NCBI GenBank assembly: GCA_964561765.1
Contig: CAZLQI010000011.1
Span: forward strand, 5,955 to 69,954
From: an uncultured Chromatiales bacterium
GTDB lineage: Bacteria; Pseudomonadota; Gammaproteobacteria; DATFLL01
Direction of reading: 5' to 3'
Length of the DNA stretch: 64,000 bases
Within the stretch, counting starts at the first letter, position 1; each line of letters starts with the position of its first letter. Positions 10,602 to 21,084 of this stretch are shown in pieces. A program made the translations under genes and the position numbers. Below the pieces are notes generated by a model. The model searched no databases. It was not told the DNA's origin and was given only the letters and a program-made list of their open reading frames with translations.

Positions 10602-11141
10602 ATGAGCGATACACCCACCCCCGTCTTCACCGGCCGCATCATTCGCCTGACCCTGGAGCGCGTCACCCTGCCCAACGCGCGCACTCTGGACATGGAAATT
10701 GTGCACCACCCTGGCGGTGCCGCCGTGGTGGCGCTGGACGCCGAGCACTGCGTCGCCCTGTTACGCCAGTACCGCCACGCCGTCGGTGGCTGGGTCTGGG
10801 AATTGCCGGCCGGCAAGCTCGATCCCGGCGAGTCACCGGCACTCACTGCCCGGCGTGAACTGCTCGAGGAGACCGGCGTGAGCGCCGCCCATTGGACCGC
10901 ACTCGGCAACGTTATCAGTTCCCCCGGCGTCTTCACCGAGCGCGTCCACCTGTTCCTGGCCCTGGACCTTAGCCTCGCCAACGCCCAGCCTGAAGAACAT
11001 GAGGTCTTCGAACTGCACTGGCTACCCCTGGAGATGGCCCTTGAACGGGCCGCCACGGGCGAATTCAACGATGCCAAGACGGTCTGCGGCCTGTTTCGCG
11101 CCCGCCACCACCTTGCCGCTATCGCACATACCACCCGGTAA
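10602..11141 (+). CDS. Nudix hydrolase (ADP-ribose pyrophosphatase-like)
   Basis: Nudix box GKLDPGESPALTARRELLEETG; LLRQYR, WELPAG, SPG motifs. Confidence 0.9.
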   Translation: MSDTPTPVFTGRIIRLTLERVTLPNARTLDMEIVHHPGGAAVVALDAEHCVALLRQYRHAVGGWVWELPAGKLDPGESPALTARRELLEETGVSAAHWTALGNVISSPGVFTERVHLFLALDLSLANAQPEEHEVFELHWLPLEMALERAATGEFNDAKTVCGLFRARHHLAAIAHTTR

Positions 11142-11258
11142 CGCCGTGTCACCTGTGAACAACCGCATGGTTCCACGACGGCGTTTCACCTACACTCGTG
11201 ATGACGCTGTTTGCAGCTACAGCCTTCACCTGACCCTGAGCCACGCCGACAACCCAGC

Positions 11259-13658
11259 ATGAACACCCCCATACCACGCCGCACTCCGCGCGCGCGCCGC
11301 CTGCTTCCCGTTGCCCTGCTCTGTCTCGGTCTGCTCGCACACAGCCCACCAGGCCTGGCCCAGAGCGCCGCCAAGGCTCCGCCTAATCCACGCGTGCTCA
11401 GCCACCGCCTCGATCGCCTCGATGCCTACATCAAACGCGGCACGCGTGACGAAAACACGCTGCGACGCTGGTCGAACGAGATCGACAATCTCAAGGGACA
11501 GGCCGCGAACTGCATCTCTGCCAACGACCAGGGGTTGCAAAAAATCCAAGGTGATACCAAGAGTCTCGGGCCGCCGGTGAAGAACGAATCCCGTGCCGTC
11601 ATCAGCAAACGCCGCACCCTGGCACAACAACAGGGTGCGCGGGAAAAACAGCTCGCCAATTGTCGCCTGTTGCTGTTGCGCAGCGATGATGCCCTGGGGC
11701 GTATCAACGGCCAGCTCAAGCAACTGCTCTCCCAACACCTGTTCGCGCGGGGCCCCACACTCATTGCCGTACTCCAGGCCCCCGGCACCGTGCCCCGAGT
11801 CTGGCTGCGGGCCGCTTTCGAGTTCCTGCAGACACACAGCGGACTCTCCCTGCTCAGCGGCAAACAGATTGCTGTCCTCGTCGCCTTGTTGTTCGCGCTC
11901 GGCGCCCTCAGCCTCTACACCCGCCGTCGGCTATTGGCCTGGGCCACCCGGCGGACATGGCCCGCGCATTTCTCCAGCCGTTTCCACCGCGCCTTCGTCC
12001 ATACCTTCGGCCATTATCTGCCGCACCTGATACTGTCGCTGGCCACGGCCATCGATCTGTACATACTCACCCACACGCTGGCACCACCACCGTTCATCAG
12101 CGTGCTGGCCTACGGCCTGCCGGTGACGTTCACCCTGATCGCGCTGCTGCACCTGTTTCTCGACCCCCGTGCGGACAAGGATGCCCTGGTCCCCTGGCCG
12201 CGACCGGTCGCCCGTCAGCTCGTTCGCCGCCTGAAAGTCCTTATCGGCCTGCTGTTCGTCGGCTATCTCCTGTTTGCCACTCTGCTCACACAGAGCCTGC
12301 CCGAGGCCGCCCTGTTGCTGGCGCGTGGCGTGTTCGCCGCCGCCTTCATTCTCAACCTGATGTGGGCCGTGTGGTTGTTCGGACGTCTGCCCGGCCTGGC
12401 CTCCACGCGCTGGCTGCGCGCGGGCACCTACCTGATTCTGTTGGCCACTCTGGGTGCCGAATGGCTGGGCTATCGCAATCTCTCCCTGATGATTCTCACC
12501 GCTATGCTCGGCACCCTGTTGCTGCTCGGTGCACTGGCCCTGCTCAGCCGCCTGTTCTCGGAGTTGTTTGACGGTATCGACAGTAGCCGTCACGCCTGGC
12601 ATATCGGCCTGCGGGGCCTGCTTGGTCTGAACCCTCGCGACCCCTTCCCGGGTCTGGTGTGGCTGCGGATCATCGTCACTGTGGCCTTGTGGGGCGGCTT
12701 TGCGTTGGGGGTATTGCAACTCTGGGGGTTGTCTGACGCCACGCTGCAGACCTTGCAGGGTTATGTCGTCAACGGTTTCAAGCTGGGCTCGCTGGAAATT
12801 ATACCGGTACGCATCCTGCTGGCCCTGGCGAGCTTTGCCCTGCTGTTTACCTTGAGTGGGTGGTTCCGCAAACGCCTGGAACGTCACTGGATCCAGAAGA
12901 CCCACTTTGACCGCGGTGCGCGCGAGGCCATGGTCACTATGAGCGGCTATATCGGGACGGCCATCGCCCTGCTGGTCGCCCTCGGCGTCACTGGCGTGGA
13001 CTTCAGCCACCTGGCCATCATCGCCGGTGCACTCTCCGTCGGCATCGGTTTCGGCCTGCAGAATATCGTCAACAACTTCGTCTCCGGCCTGATCCTGTTG
13101 TTCGAACGCCCTATCAAGACCGGCGACTGGATCGCGGTCGGCGGCACCGAAGGCTATGTCAAACGCATCCGTATCCGCTCCACCCAGATCCAGACCTTCG
13201 ATCGTGCCGATGTCATCGTGCCCAACTCCGAGTTAATCTCCAGTCAGGTCACCAACTGGATGTTGAATGACACCCGGGGACGCTCGCGTATCCCGGTGAG
13301 CGTGGCCTATGGCACCGATACGTCAAAGGTCAAGGCCATCCTGTTACGCATCGCCCAGGGGCAACCGCGCGTCATCACCGATGGCACCGCACCGCAACCT
13401 GTCGTACTGTTCAGGGCCTTCGGTGACAGCGCGCTCAACTTCGAACTGCGCTGTTTCATCCAGAACATCGACGAGCGCCACGGGGTCATCAGCGACATCA
13501 ATTTCGCCCTCGACGCCGCCTTTCGCGCAGAGGGCATCGAGATCCCCTTCCCGCAACGCGATGTCCACATCCGCACCGTGCCTGAGCAGGACGGCATACC
13601 ACCCCGCCCCGCCAGCGCACCACCCGCGTCCCGAGATCCGGGTGACGGGCACGAATAA
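11259..13658 (+). CDS. Large MscS/MscK-type mechanosensitive channel
   Basis: Signal peptide, coiled periplasmic region, many TM helices, GALSVGIGFGLQNIVNNFVSGLILLFERPIK, GIEIPFPQRD. Confidence 0.92.
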   Translation: MNTPIPRRTPRARRLLPVALLCLGLLAHSPPGLAQSAAKAPPNPRVLSHRLDRLDAYIKRGTRDENTLRRWSNEIDNLKGQAANCISANDQGLQKIQGDTKSLGPPVKNESRAVISKRRTLAQQQGAREKQLANCRLLLLRSDDALGRINGQLKQLLSQHLFARGPTLIAVLQAPGTVPRVWLRAAFEFLQTHSGLSLLSGKQIAVLVALLFALGALSLYTRRRLLAWATRRTWPAHFSSRFHRAFVHTFGHYLPHLILSLATAIDLYILTHTLAPPPFISVLAYGLPVTFTLIALLHLFLDPRADKDALVPWPRPVARQLVRRLKVLIGLLFVGYLLFATLLTQSLPEAALLLARGVFAAAFILNLMWAVWLFGRLPGLASTRWLRAGTYLILLATLGAEWLGYRNLSLMILTAMLGTLLLLGALALLSRLFSELFDGIDSSRHAWHIGLRGLLGLNPRDPFPGLVWLRIIVTVALWGGFALGVLQLWGLSDATLQTLQGYVVNGFKLGSLEIIPVRILLALASFALLFTLSGWFRKRLERHWIQKTHFDRGAREAMVTMSGYIGTAIALLVALGVTGVDFSHLAIIAGALSVGIGFGLQNIVNNFVSGLILLFERPIKTGDWIAVGGTEGYVKRIRIRSTQIQTFDRADVIVPNSELISSQVTNWMLNDTRGRSRIPVSVAYGTDTSKVKAILLRIAQGQPRVITDGTAPQPVVLFRAFGDSALNFELRCFIQNIDERHGVISDINFALDAAFRAEGIEIPFPQRDVHIRTVPEQDGIPPRPASAPPASRDPGDGHE

Positions 13659-13857
13659 GGGGCAGAGCCAGGCCGATGGTTTGTCACTCCCACGCCCCCC
13701 CGTATCGCACACAGTCATGATCTGGCTCAATAACCTGTCCGCAACCGGCCCTTAGAATCGCCCCTTTAGACTGGGCCTTGGGTTGGTCCAGGGTACCTAA
13801 GCGCTGCTTCACCACACCACCACCAGGGAATCTGGACAGACTAGGGGGAAATACGGC

Positions 13858-14337
13858 ATGAGAATTGGTGAAATCTGCAAGCGGGATATGGCCATCATCG
13901 ACAAGGACGCCTCCATTCGTGAGGCGGTGCGATGTATGCGCGACAATCATGTGGGCGGCGTGGTCGTCACCGAAGGGGTGGAACCCAACCGGGTGCCGAT
14001 CGGCATCCTCACCCACCGCGACATCATTATCGAGATTTTGGCCGAGGATGTCGATGCCAACAACCTGTGTGTGGCGGACATCATGAGCTACGACCTGCTC
14101 ACCGCCCGCGAGGAGGATGACATCCTTGATACCATCAAGGCGATGCAGACGAAGGGAGTGCGCCGCGTACCCGTGATCAACCAGACCAGACGCTTGGTCG
14201 GCATCGTCGCCGTCGATGACCTCATCGACCTGATGGCCGACCAGCTCGCCAACATGGCCATGTTGCTCAAACACACCCCAAACACGGACCGCACCGCTCT
14301 ACCTGAGACCAGGCACGACCCGAGGCCACGAGGGTAG
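13858..14337 (+). CDS. CBS-pair protein
   Basis: MRDNHVGGVVV...PIGILTHRDI; GVRRVPVI...LVGIVAVDDL. Confidence 0.88.
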   Translation: MRIGEICKRDMAIIDKDASIREAVRCMRDNHVGGVVVTEGVEPNRVPIGILTHRDIIIEILAEDVDANNLCVADIMSYDLLTAREEDDILDTIKAMQTKGVRRVPVINQTRRLVGIVAVDDLIDLMADQLANMAMLLKHTPNTDRTALPETRHDPRPRG

Positions 14338-14392
14338 CGCCACCCACACGCCATCCTGCCAGGCGCACAAACACGGTGGCGTTTGGCAGCGC

Positions 14393-17227
14393 TCAAGACG
14401 GACCCGGTACCGGGCGTACGCGCCACGTCCGCAGCCAGGACAGCAGTTCCACTGCCGGTACCGGCCGACAAATGTAATAGCCTTGCACGGCATCACAACC
14501 CAGATCATCGAGCAGCTCGAGTGCGCGGGGCGTCTCCACGCCCTCCGCCGTGACCTTCAGGCCGAGGCCGTGTGCAAGCTCAATAGTGGAACGCACGATG
14601 ACGGCATCATTTTCGTTGTGCTCCATCTCCAGCACAAAGGATTTGTCGATTTTCAGCACATCAACATTGAGCCGTTTGAGCTGGGTGAGCGAGGAGTAGC
14701 CGGTGCCAAAATCATCAATGAGCAGGTCAATACCCAGCGCATCGAGTGCATTCATGGTCGCCAGCGCCCGGACGGGATCGGTCATGATCGCGCTCTCGGT
14801 CACCTCCATTTGCAGATGGCGTGATTCATGGCCATGGTGCGCGAGCAGGGCGGCCACCTTGTCGGCAAAGTCCCGGTCCTGGAGATTGCGCACCGAGATA
14901 TTCACACTCACCAGGAGACTGATACCTTTCTCCTGCCAGTCGCGCCAGTCACGCAGGGCTCGATCGATGACCCACAGCGTCATCGGCTTGATGTGTTCGC
15001 CCAGCTCGGCCAGCGGGATAAACTGATCCGGTCCCAGCAAACCGTATTCACCGTGCTGCCAGCGCACCAGGGCCTCGACACCGAGTACCTGCTGATCGCG
15101 CAGGCTGACGTTGGGCTGATAATATAACACCAGTTCGCCGTCGGTCGTGGCACGTCCCAGGTCACTCATCAGGGCCAGACGACGCGGACTATGGGCATCA
15201 TGGCTGGGGTCGTAGAGTACGCAGCCCTCGCCCGAGTGTTTGGCCGCATACATGGCAACGTCGGCATGGCGCATCAGTTTACTGGCGTTATCGCCGTGTC
15301 CCGGTGTCTGGGCGATCCCGATACTGGCACCAATCTGTACCCGCGTGCCGTCGAGTTCAAAAGACTGCTGAATGGCGCCACGCAGTCGCATGGCCTTCTC
15401 AAGAACCTGCCCCGGACTGATACTCCCGCGCAACAGAACGGCAAACTCATCCCCCCCCAGGCGCGCCAGTACATCCTGCTCATCGAGCAGACTCAGCAAC
15501 CGTGGGCCAATCTGTTTGAGCAACAGATCGCCGCTCTTGTGACCAAGGGTGTCATTGACCTCCTTGAACCGGTCCAGGTCAATGAACAACAGGGTGACAC
15601 CCTCACCGCTGCTGGCATATTCACGCAGTGCCAACTCCAATTGACGCTGCAACAGGTGCCGGTTGGGCAGATCGGTCAGGGAATCGTGTGTCGCCTGATA
15701 TTCAAGTTCCCGGGTGTGCCGATGCCGGTCGCTGATATCGAGCACACTCACCACCGCTCCCCGGTATTCACCGTGCTCACGCATCGGGCGGGTCCAGCAC
15801 TCGGCATGAAAACGGCTACCGTCTACACGCGCAAGCAAGATATCCGGCACATGCACGCCACAGTCCATAGTGCCTGGATTGTGAAAGGGACAGTCCTCGC
15901 CCGGTAACGGCTCACCACCCGCACCGCTCGGCGCCATCAGTACACACATGTCACGCCCCAACACCTGTTCGGCATGCGCATAGCCGAGCTGGTGCAACAA
16001 GGCGGGGTTGCAAAAGGAACAACGCCCCTGTGCATCGAGGCCGAAAATACCTTCTGCCGTCGATTCCAGCAGCAGGCGTACGCGCCGTTCGGACTGCGCC
16101 AGCGCCCGACGCGAGGCCCGCTCCCGGGTCTTGGCCGTCAACAGTCCGGCGATATGGTCATCCAGGTGTTCGGCCATCTGGTTGAAGCCCTCCGCCAGCG
16201 TGGCCAGTTCCGTGTGCTGCGGCACGGCGATACGCACCCTGCGCTTACCCTGCGCCAGGCGCGCGATGCCCTGTTGCAACACCTCCAGCGGGCGCAGCAT
16301 GCGGCGGGCGAAGAAAAACACGATCCCGGTGGTCAACAGGGCTGCCAGCAGAAAAGCGGCGACAAAACGCTGTACCAGCCGGTACAGGGGCGCAAGACCT
16401 TCCTGCACCGGCTGCTCGACCACCACCCACCAGCGATGCACCGAATCAAACCGGCTCACCCCGGCGACCTTCACGCCGCTGAGGCTGGTGTAGACTTGTA
16501 ACTGGTGCTCACCCCGACCGCGAAACAGCGCACGGGGGACACCCTTGTCGATCACCCGGTACTCGGACAGCACCAGGCTCGGATCGGGGTAGGCCACCAG
16601 TTTGTAGTCCTTGTCCACGATATAGACATAGCCGTCGCGGCTGATCGGCAAGGCCTGCACGGCCGCCCACAACCACTTCAGGTTGACGTGGATCATCAGT
16701 ACCCGATGCGTGCCCGGCCCTGTGCCCAGGGGGATGGCGATACGCATCTGGGGTTCGAAATAGCGGGAAAAGGTCACCGAACCGGTGACCGTGTGACCCG
16801 CCTGCGCCTGGAGGTACAGCGGATCGTGTCGCAAATGGTGCAGTGCATCCTGACTGAAACTGCTCACCCGCGAGATCCGCAAGCGCTCCTTGCCGTTCGC
16901 CGCGATCAGCTCCAGCCCGGCAATCTCCGGGCGCCGTTTGAGCAGCCCGTACAACAGCGTGCGTTGCTGCACCAACGACATCCGCCGGGCATGCAGCTTG
17001 TCCACCAACACCCCGGTTTCGATCTGCAGCGGTACAAAGAAATTATCAATGGCGCTGGTGGTACGCATTGCCACCTCGCTGAGCTGGCCACTGATCGAGC
17101 GCAGCAATTCTTCACGCGCGGCCTGGTAGGCCAACGAGCCCCATAGCAGGATCGAGACCAGTTCCAGGGCCAACACCAGCACCACCACCTTATTGGCAAC
17201 ACGATACGGTCCGTTGAACCCGCCCAT
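14393..17227 (-). CDS. Membrane Cache-HAMP-PAS-GGDEF-EAL c-di-GMP signalling protein
   Basis: Two TM segments around a Cache-like region (DGYVYIVD...LVAYPD), HAMP (ELATLAEGFNQM), PAS, RLGGDEF, EALVRW and DDFGTGYSSL. Confidence 0.92.
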   Translation of the reverse strand: MGGFNGPYRVANKVVVLVLALELVSILLWGSLAYQAAREELLRSISGQLSEVAMRTTSAIDNFFVPLQIETGVLVDKLHARRMSLVQQRTLLYGLLKRRPEIAGLELIAANGKERLRISRVSSFSQDALHHLRHDPLYLQAQAGHTVTGSVTFSRYFEPQMRIAIPLGTGPGTHRVLMIHVNLKWLWAAVQALPISRDGYVYIVDKDYKLVAYPDPSLVLSEYRVIDKGVPRALFRGRGEHQLQVYTSLSGVKVAGVSRFDSVHRWWVVVEQPVQEGLAPLYRLVQRFVAAFLLAALLTTGIVFFFARRMLRPLEVLQQGIARLAQGKRRVRIAVPQHTELATLAEGFNQMAEHLDDHIAGLLTAKTRERASRRALAQSERRVRLLLESTAEGIFGLDAQGRCSFCNPALLHQLGYAHAEQVLGRDMCVLMAPSGAGGEPLPGEDCPFHNPGTMDCGVHVPDILLARVDGSRFHAECWTRPMREHGEYRGAVVSVLDISDRHRHTRELEYQATHDSLTDLPNRHLLQRQLELALREYASSGEGVTLLFIDLDRFKEVNDTLGHKSGDLLLKQIGPRLLSLLDEQDVLARLGGDEFAVLLRGSISPGQVLEKAMRLRGAIQQSFELDGTRVQIGASIGIAQTPGHGDNASKLMRHADVAMYAAKHSGEGCVLYDPSHDAHSPRRLALMSDLGRATTDGELVLYYQPNVSLRDQQVLGVEALVRWQHGEYGLLGPDQFIPLAELGEHIKPMTLWVIDRALRDWRDWQEKGISLLVSVNISVRNLQDRDFADKVAALLAHHGHESRHLQMEVTESAIMTDPVRALATMNALDALGIDLLIDDFGTGYSSLTQLKRLNVDVLKIDKSFVLEMEHNENDAVIVRSTIELAHGLGLKVTAEGVETPRALELLDDLGCDAVQGYYICRPVPAVELLSWLRTWRVRPVPGPS

Positions 17228-17228
17228 A

Positions 17229-18257
17229 TCAGTGCCCAGCACCGATAATCTGGTCAACCTGGTTTCGCACCAACGGACTCAGGTGAATCCCCAAACGCGC
17301 CATCGTCCCCTTGTTGAGGGTGTAGACAAAATGCATCGGCGTCTCAAACGGGATGTTCTGCGCCGGGATACCGCGCAATACCTTGTCAGCAAGCCGCGCG
17401 GCCTGATGGCCCATGGCATAGAGATTGGCGCCGTAACTGGCCAGCGCCCCCTGCTTGACGAACGTGCGGGCATAGGTCATCAGGGGCAGACCCAGCGCCT
17501 TGACCCGTGGCAAAATGATGCTGTGCATGACGTCGTCGATGGGTGCGTTCGGTACGGTGAGCATGGCATCGACCTCACCGGGGCGCAGCGCATCCATCGC
17601 CCGTCTGATCGTCGCCGGCGAGTCCACCGCCTGCGCGTCGATCACCAGTTTGCGCCTGATCGCCGTCGCCTTCGCCATTTCCACACCGATGCGCGAGGGT
17701 GCAATGTGCGGGTAGTAGAGAATCAGGATACGGTGCAGGGGCGGGCGGTGTCCCCGTAGCAGGTCCTGCAACAACGCCACACGCTTGCCAGAGAGTTCCG
17801 CATTGAGGTTGTCCACCCCGGTCACCGCCCAGCCGGGGTGGCGTCGACTGTCGACCAGACCACGCTCGACGATACTGCTGACAAAGAGCACCACCACCGG
17901 GATGTGTCGTGGTGCGGCAATGGGCCGCATGCTGTCGGCCTCCAGGCCACCGGCCGCCACCAGCAGATCCACCCGTGCATCGGCCAGTGCGCTCACCAGC
18001 GCCCCGAGCCGGGTCCGATCGTTGTGGGCATTGCGAATAAGGTAGTGCACGCGGTGCTTTCCGCCATAGCCAAGGGCCGTCATGCCGGCAATAAACCCGT
18101 TCACCTGCGGCTGGCGGGCATTACCGAGCAGCACGATGCCGATGCGCACAGCGCGCGGCGAGTCGAGCTCCCATGACCGCGCCACCTCTCCCAACACCAT
18201 CATGGCAAGCACGACCAACACCAGACGTACCGGCGTGGAACCGAAAAACTTGACCAT
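17229..18257 (-). CDS. ABC-type substrate-binding protein (ABC_sub_bind family), no transporter nearby
   Basis: GLVDSRRHPGWAVTGV, LSGKRVALL, GALASYG...MGHQAARLADKVLRG..AQNIPFE. Confidence 0.85.
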   Translation of the reverse strand: MVKFFGSTPVRLVLVVLAMMVLGEVARSWELDSPRAVRIGIVLLGNARQPQVNGFIAGMTALGYGGKHRVHYLIRNAHNDRTRLGALVSALADARVDLLVAAGGLEADSMRPIAAPRHIPVVVLFVSSIVERGLVDSRRHPGWAVTGVDNLNAELSGKRVALLQDLLRGHRPPLHRILILYYPHIAPSRIGVEMAKATAIRRKLVIDAQAVDSPATIRRAMDALRPGEVDAMLTVPNAPIDDVMHSIILPRVKALGLPLMTYARTFVKQGALASYGANLYAMGHQAARLADKVLRGIPAQNIPFETPMHFVYTLNKGTMARLGIHLSPLVRNQVDQIIGAGH

Positions 18258-18453
18258 TCTTCCTCTCCCCGCGCGCGAGCCGTTCGATCGGTTCTCGCTT
18301 AACGCTGTACTGTCGGTATTTTTCTGCGTATGCACACGGCGCTGACCCGGGTCACCACACCGGCGCCATGGCCTTGCTCCAAATTGCATCCCGACACCCG
18401 CCGGACACGCCGCGCCTACGTGACCGGCCCGTGTATCTCAGGCTCAGTAACGG

Positions 18454-18480
18454 ATGTCGGCACACGCGCTGAAAGCTTTA
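18454..18480 (-). promoter_or_regulatory. sigma28 (FliA)-type promoter
   Basis: Minus strand TAAAGCTT-N11-GCCGACAT versus consensus TAAAGTTT-N11-GCCGATAA. Confidence 0.65.
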
Positions 18481-18686
18481 CCCATACGATATCGACTGGC
18501 CAGGAGAACACCCTAACGGGCGGAATCGAGACGAAAACCAACATTTAACGTCGATTTGACGAAATAATGATGGTGCCGCCCGAAAAATAGGTGTAATACA
18601 ATAATCTCATGCAATGGTTTTGCACGTACTTTGTCTGCTCTCACGTGGAGCCAGAATGTGGCGTGCGCAAAAATCCGGAGAATCCC

Positions 18687-18905
18687 ATGTCCCTATCTAT
18701 CAGCGCCTCCGCACACCTCACCCAAACCACTCAGGCTGCCCAGACTGCGTCCAACAATCAGGTGCACAGCGAGCGCGCCGAGGTCCGGGAACACGACTCA
18801 GACCAGGATAGCAGCCGCGCCGTCAGCCAAACATCGCAGGTCAAGACGAACCGTGTCGCTGTCGCTAGCGGCACACTCGGCAACCACATCAATACGCACG
18901 CCTGA
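18687..18905 (+). CDS. Small low-complexity hypothetical protein
   Basis: GGAG RBS; 72 aa rich in S/T/Q/A, ending GTLGNHINTHA. Confidence 0.55.
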   Translation: MSLSISASAHLTQTTQAAQTASNNQVHSERAEVREHDSDQDSSRAVSQTSQVKTNRVAVASGTLGNHINTHA

Positions 18906-19185
18906 ATCCGGTTTACAGGCTGAACAGGGCCCCGCGCATAACACCGACACGCCACCGACAGATACATGTCCTGATACGCCATTCGTGACCGGGCGCGAAT
19001 CCAGACAACGCAGTGTCGCCGCATCGCTGTACGCTAATTGCGCTCACAAAACCGCTGCAACCTCCCCCTTATACGACCTAAAAGAAACTCCTTGCAGTAG
19101 GACCGATTGCGGCTCATTTCCTTGACCGAATCACCACGGTCCACCTATTCGCTGAGCGCACGACGACTAACACTCAGCGCCAGGC

Positions 19186-19214
19186 TTGCATACCGCACCC
19201 TGTTCGGCTATAAA
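19186..19214 (+). promoter_or_regulatory. sigma70 promoter of the TetR-exporter operon
   Basis: TTGCAT-N17-TATAAA. Confidence 0.6.
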
Positions 19215-19246
19215 TTAAACGATCGTTTAATTTATAGCCGAACAGG
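19199..19246. repeat. 48-bp perfect palindrome, probable TetR operator
   Basis: CCTGTTCGGCTATAAATTAAACGA|TCGTTTAATTTATAGCCGAACAGG, no spacer and no mismatch. Confidence 0.85.
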
Positions 19247-19252
19247 TCCACG

Positions 19253-19969
19253 ATGACCGAAAATCACCCACATCTGGCCCGCAATGGCTCACTCCCGCCC
19301 CGCCGACCCGGGCGCCCCTGTGCCGGTCAGGACAACGACGCGGTACGCACGCGCTTGCTCGAGTGTGCGCGCGAACAATTTGCACAGTTTGGCTACGCGG
19401 GCGTATCGTTGCGCCGTCTCGCGGCCGAGGCCCACACGAATCCCGCCATGGTGAGTTATTATTTCGGCAACAAACAGGGCCTGTTCCTGAGCATATTGGC
19501 CGAGCATGTCGAACCCCTGCTGGTGCACCTGGAACAGGCCCTGGCGAACACCCGCGCCGAGGGACGGCAGACACTGCATGAATTTCTCTGCGTTTTTGCC
19601 CATACCCTGTGTCGCACACCCTGGCTGTCGGGTCTGGTACTGCGTGAAGTATTGCCCGGACAAGGCGCCTTGCACCAGGTTTTTATTGACCGCTTCGCCC
19701 GCCGTGGTGCCCACATGCTGCGTACCCTGATCACCCGCGAACAACATCGCGGCAATCTCCCGGCGTCACTGGACCCGTCCATCACCGCCCTGACGATCGC
19801 CAGCCAAATATGGTTCCCCTTCCTGGCACGCCCACTGGCCAGCCAGGTGTTCGCCGGTGAGTTCAACGCACACTTTATCGCTGGCCTGGTGGAACAGATC
19901 CTGCGCGGACTGTATGGCAATTCGGTGATCACCGCCAACCGCAAAAAGCGCGGAGAAAAACAACTCTGA
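19253..19969 (+). CDS. TetR/AcrR-family regulator
   Basis: HTH FAQFGYAGVSLRRLAAEA..NPAMVSYYFGNKQGL. Confidence 0.92.
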   Translation: MTENHPHLARNGSLPPRRPGRPCAGQDNDAVRTRLLECAREQFAQFGYAGVSLRRLAAEAHTNPAMVSYYFGNKQGLFLSILAEHVEPLLVHLEQALANTRAEGRQTLHEFLCVFAHTLCRTPWLSGLVLREVLPGQGALHQVFIDRFARRGAHMLRTLITREQHRGNLPASLDPSITALTIASQIWFPFLARPLASQVFAGEFNAHFIAGLVEQILRGLYGNSVITANRKKRGEKQL

Positions 19970-20026
19970 CCCCTGTTTGCCACACTTCTGGCGCCACCCG
20001 TTGACTATGCACAAGGAGCCGATAGC

Positions 20027-21082
20027 ATGCATCTGAACAAGGCCCGACGCTGGCTCATCCCGCTCGTCCTTATCCTGGCGCTGGCTGCAGCCTATCTGAG
20101 TCGTGATGAATGGTGGCCCGGGGGAAATAACACTGTTGCCTCCACCCCCTTAACGCTGTACGGCAATATCGACCAGCGCGAGGTGAACCTGGCCTTCCAG
20201 GAAAGCGGGCGCATCACGGCCCTGAAGGTACGCGAGGGGGAATCCGTTCGGCGAGGACAATTGCTGGCCACCCTGGACCCGGCGCGCCTGGACGACGCAA
20301 TGGCAGTGGCACGGGCACATGCCGCTGCCCAGCAGCAGGTTGTCGCCGCCCTGCGTGCCGGTACCCGCCCTGAGAAAATCAGCAAACTGGAGGCCGAGCG
20401 CGACGCCGCCGCCGCGACCCTGCATAATGCCGAAGCCAGCGCGCGGCGCATCGATGATCTGGCCCAGCGCAAACTGGCCTCACCCCAGCAACGCGATAAT
20501 GTGCACACGGCGGTCGATGCCGCACGCGCTCATCTCAGTGCCGCCCGTGCGACCCTGGCCCTGGCCCTGGCGGGTCCGCGCAAACAGGATATCGCAGCGG
20601 CGCTGGCCACACTCCAGGCCCTGCAGGCACAGTATGCACTCGCCCGGCGTAATCTGGCAGACAGCAAACTCTACGCCCCACGCGATGGTCTCATCCGCAC
20701 CCGCATCCTCGAGGCGGGGGACATGGCCTCACCGCAGACACCGGTCTACACCCTGGCACTGATCAACCCGCTGTGGGTACGCGCCTATGTGGACGAGCCC
20801 GCTCTCGGTCGTCTGCACCCGGGTATGGCCGCGACGATCCGCACCGACAGTTATCCCGGCAAGTCCTACCGTGGTTGGGTCGGTTACATCTCACCCAGCG
20901 CCGAATTTACCCCCAAGACGGTGGAGACCGCGGATGTACGCACTGCCCTGGTCTACCAGGTACGGGTCTTCGTCTGCAATCCGCAGAATGAATTGCGCCA
21001 GGGCATGCCGGCCACCGTCACCATTGCAACGGCGACGAGCATGGTGCCCGGGAAGCCCCTCCCCCACTGCACAGGGCGCTGA
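20027..21082 (+). CDS. HlyD-family membrane fusion protein (YbhG-like)
   Basis: LYGNIDQREVNLAF, WVRAYVDE, ISPSAEFTPKTVET. Confidence 0.9.
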   Translation: MHLNKARRWLIPLVLILALAAAYLSRDEWWPGGNNTVASTPLTLYGNIDQREVNLAFQESGRITALKVREGESVRRGQLLATLDPARLDDAMAVARAHAAAQQQVVAALRAGTRPEKISKLEAERDAAAATLHNAEASARRIDDLAQRKLASPQQRDNVHTAVDAARAHLSAARATLALALAGPRKQDIAAALATLQALQAQYALARRNLADSKLYAPRDGLIRTRILEAGDMASPQTPVYTLALINPLWVRAYVDEPALGRLHPGMAATIRTDSYPGKSYRGWVGYISPSAEFTPKTVETADVRTALVYQVRVFVCNPQNELRQGMPATVTIATATSMVPGKPLPHCTGR

Positions 21083-21084
21083 AT

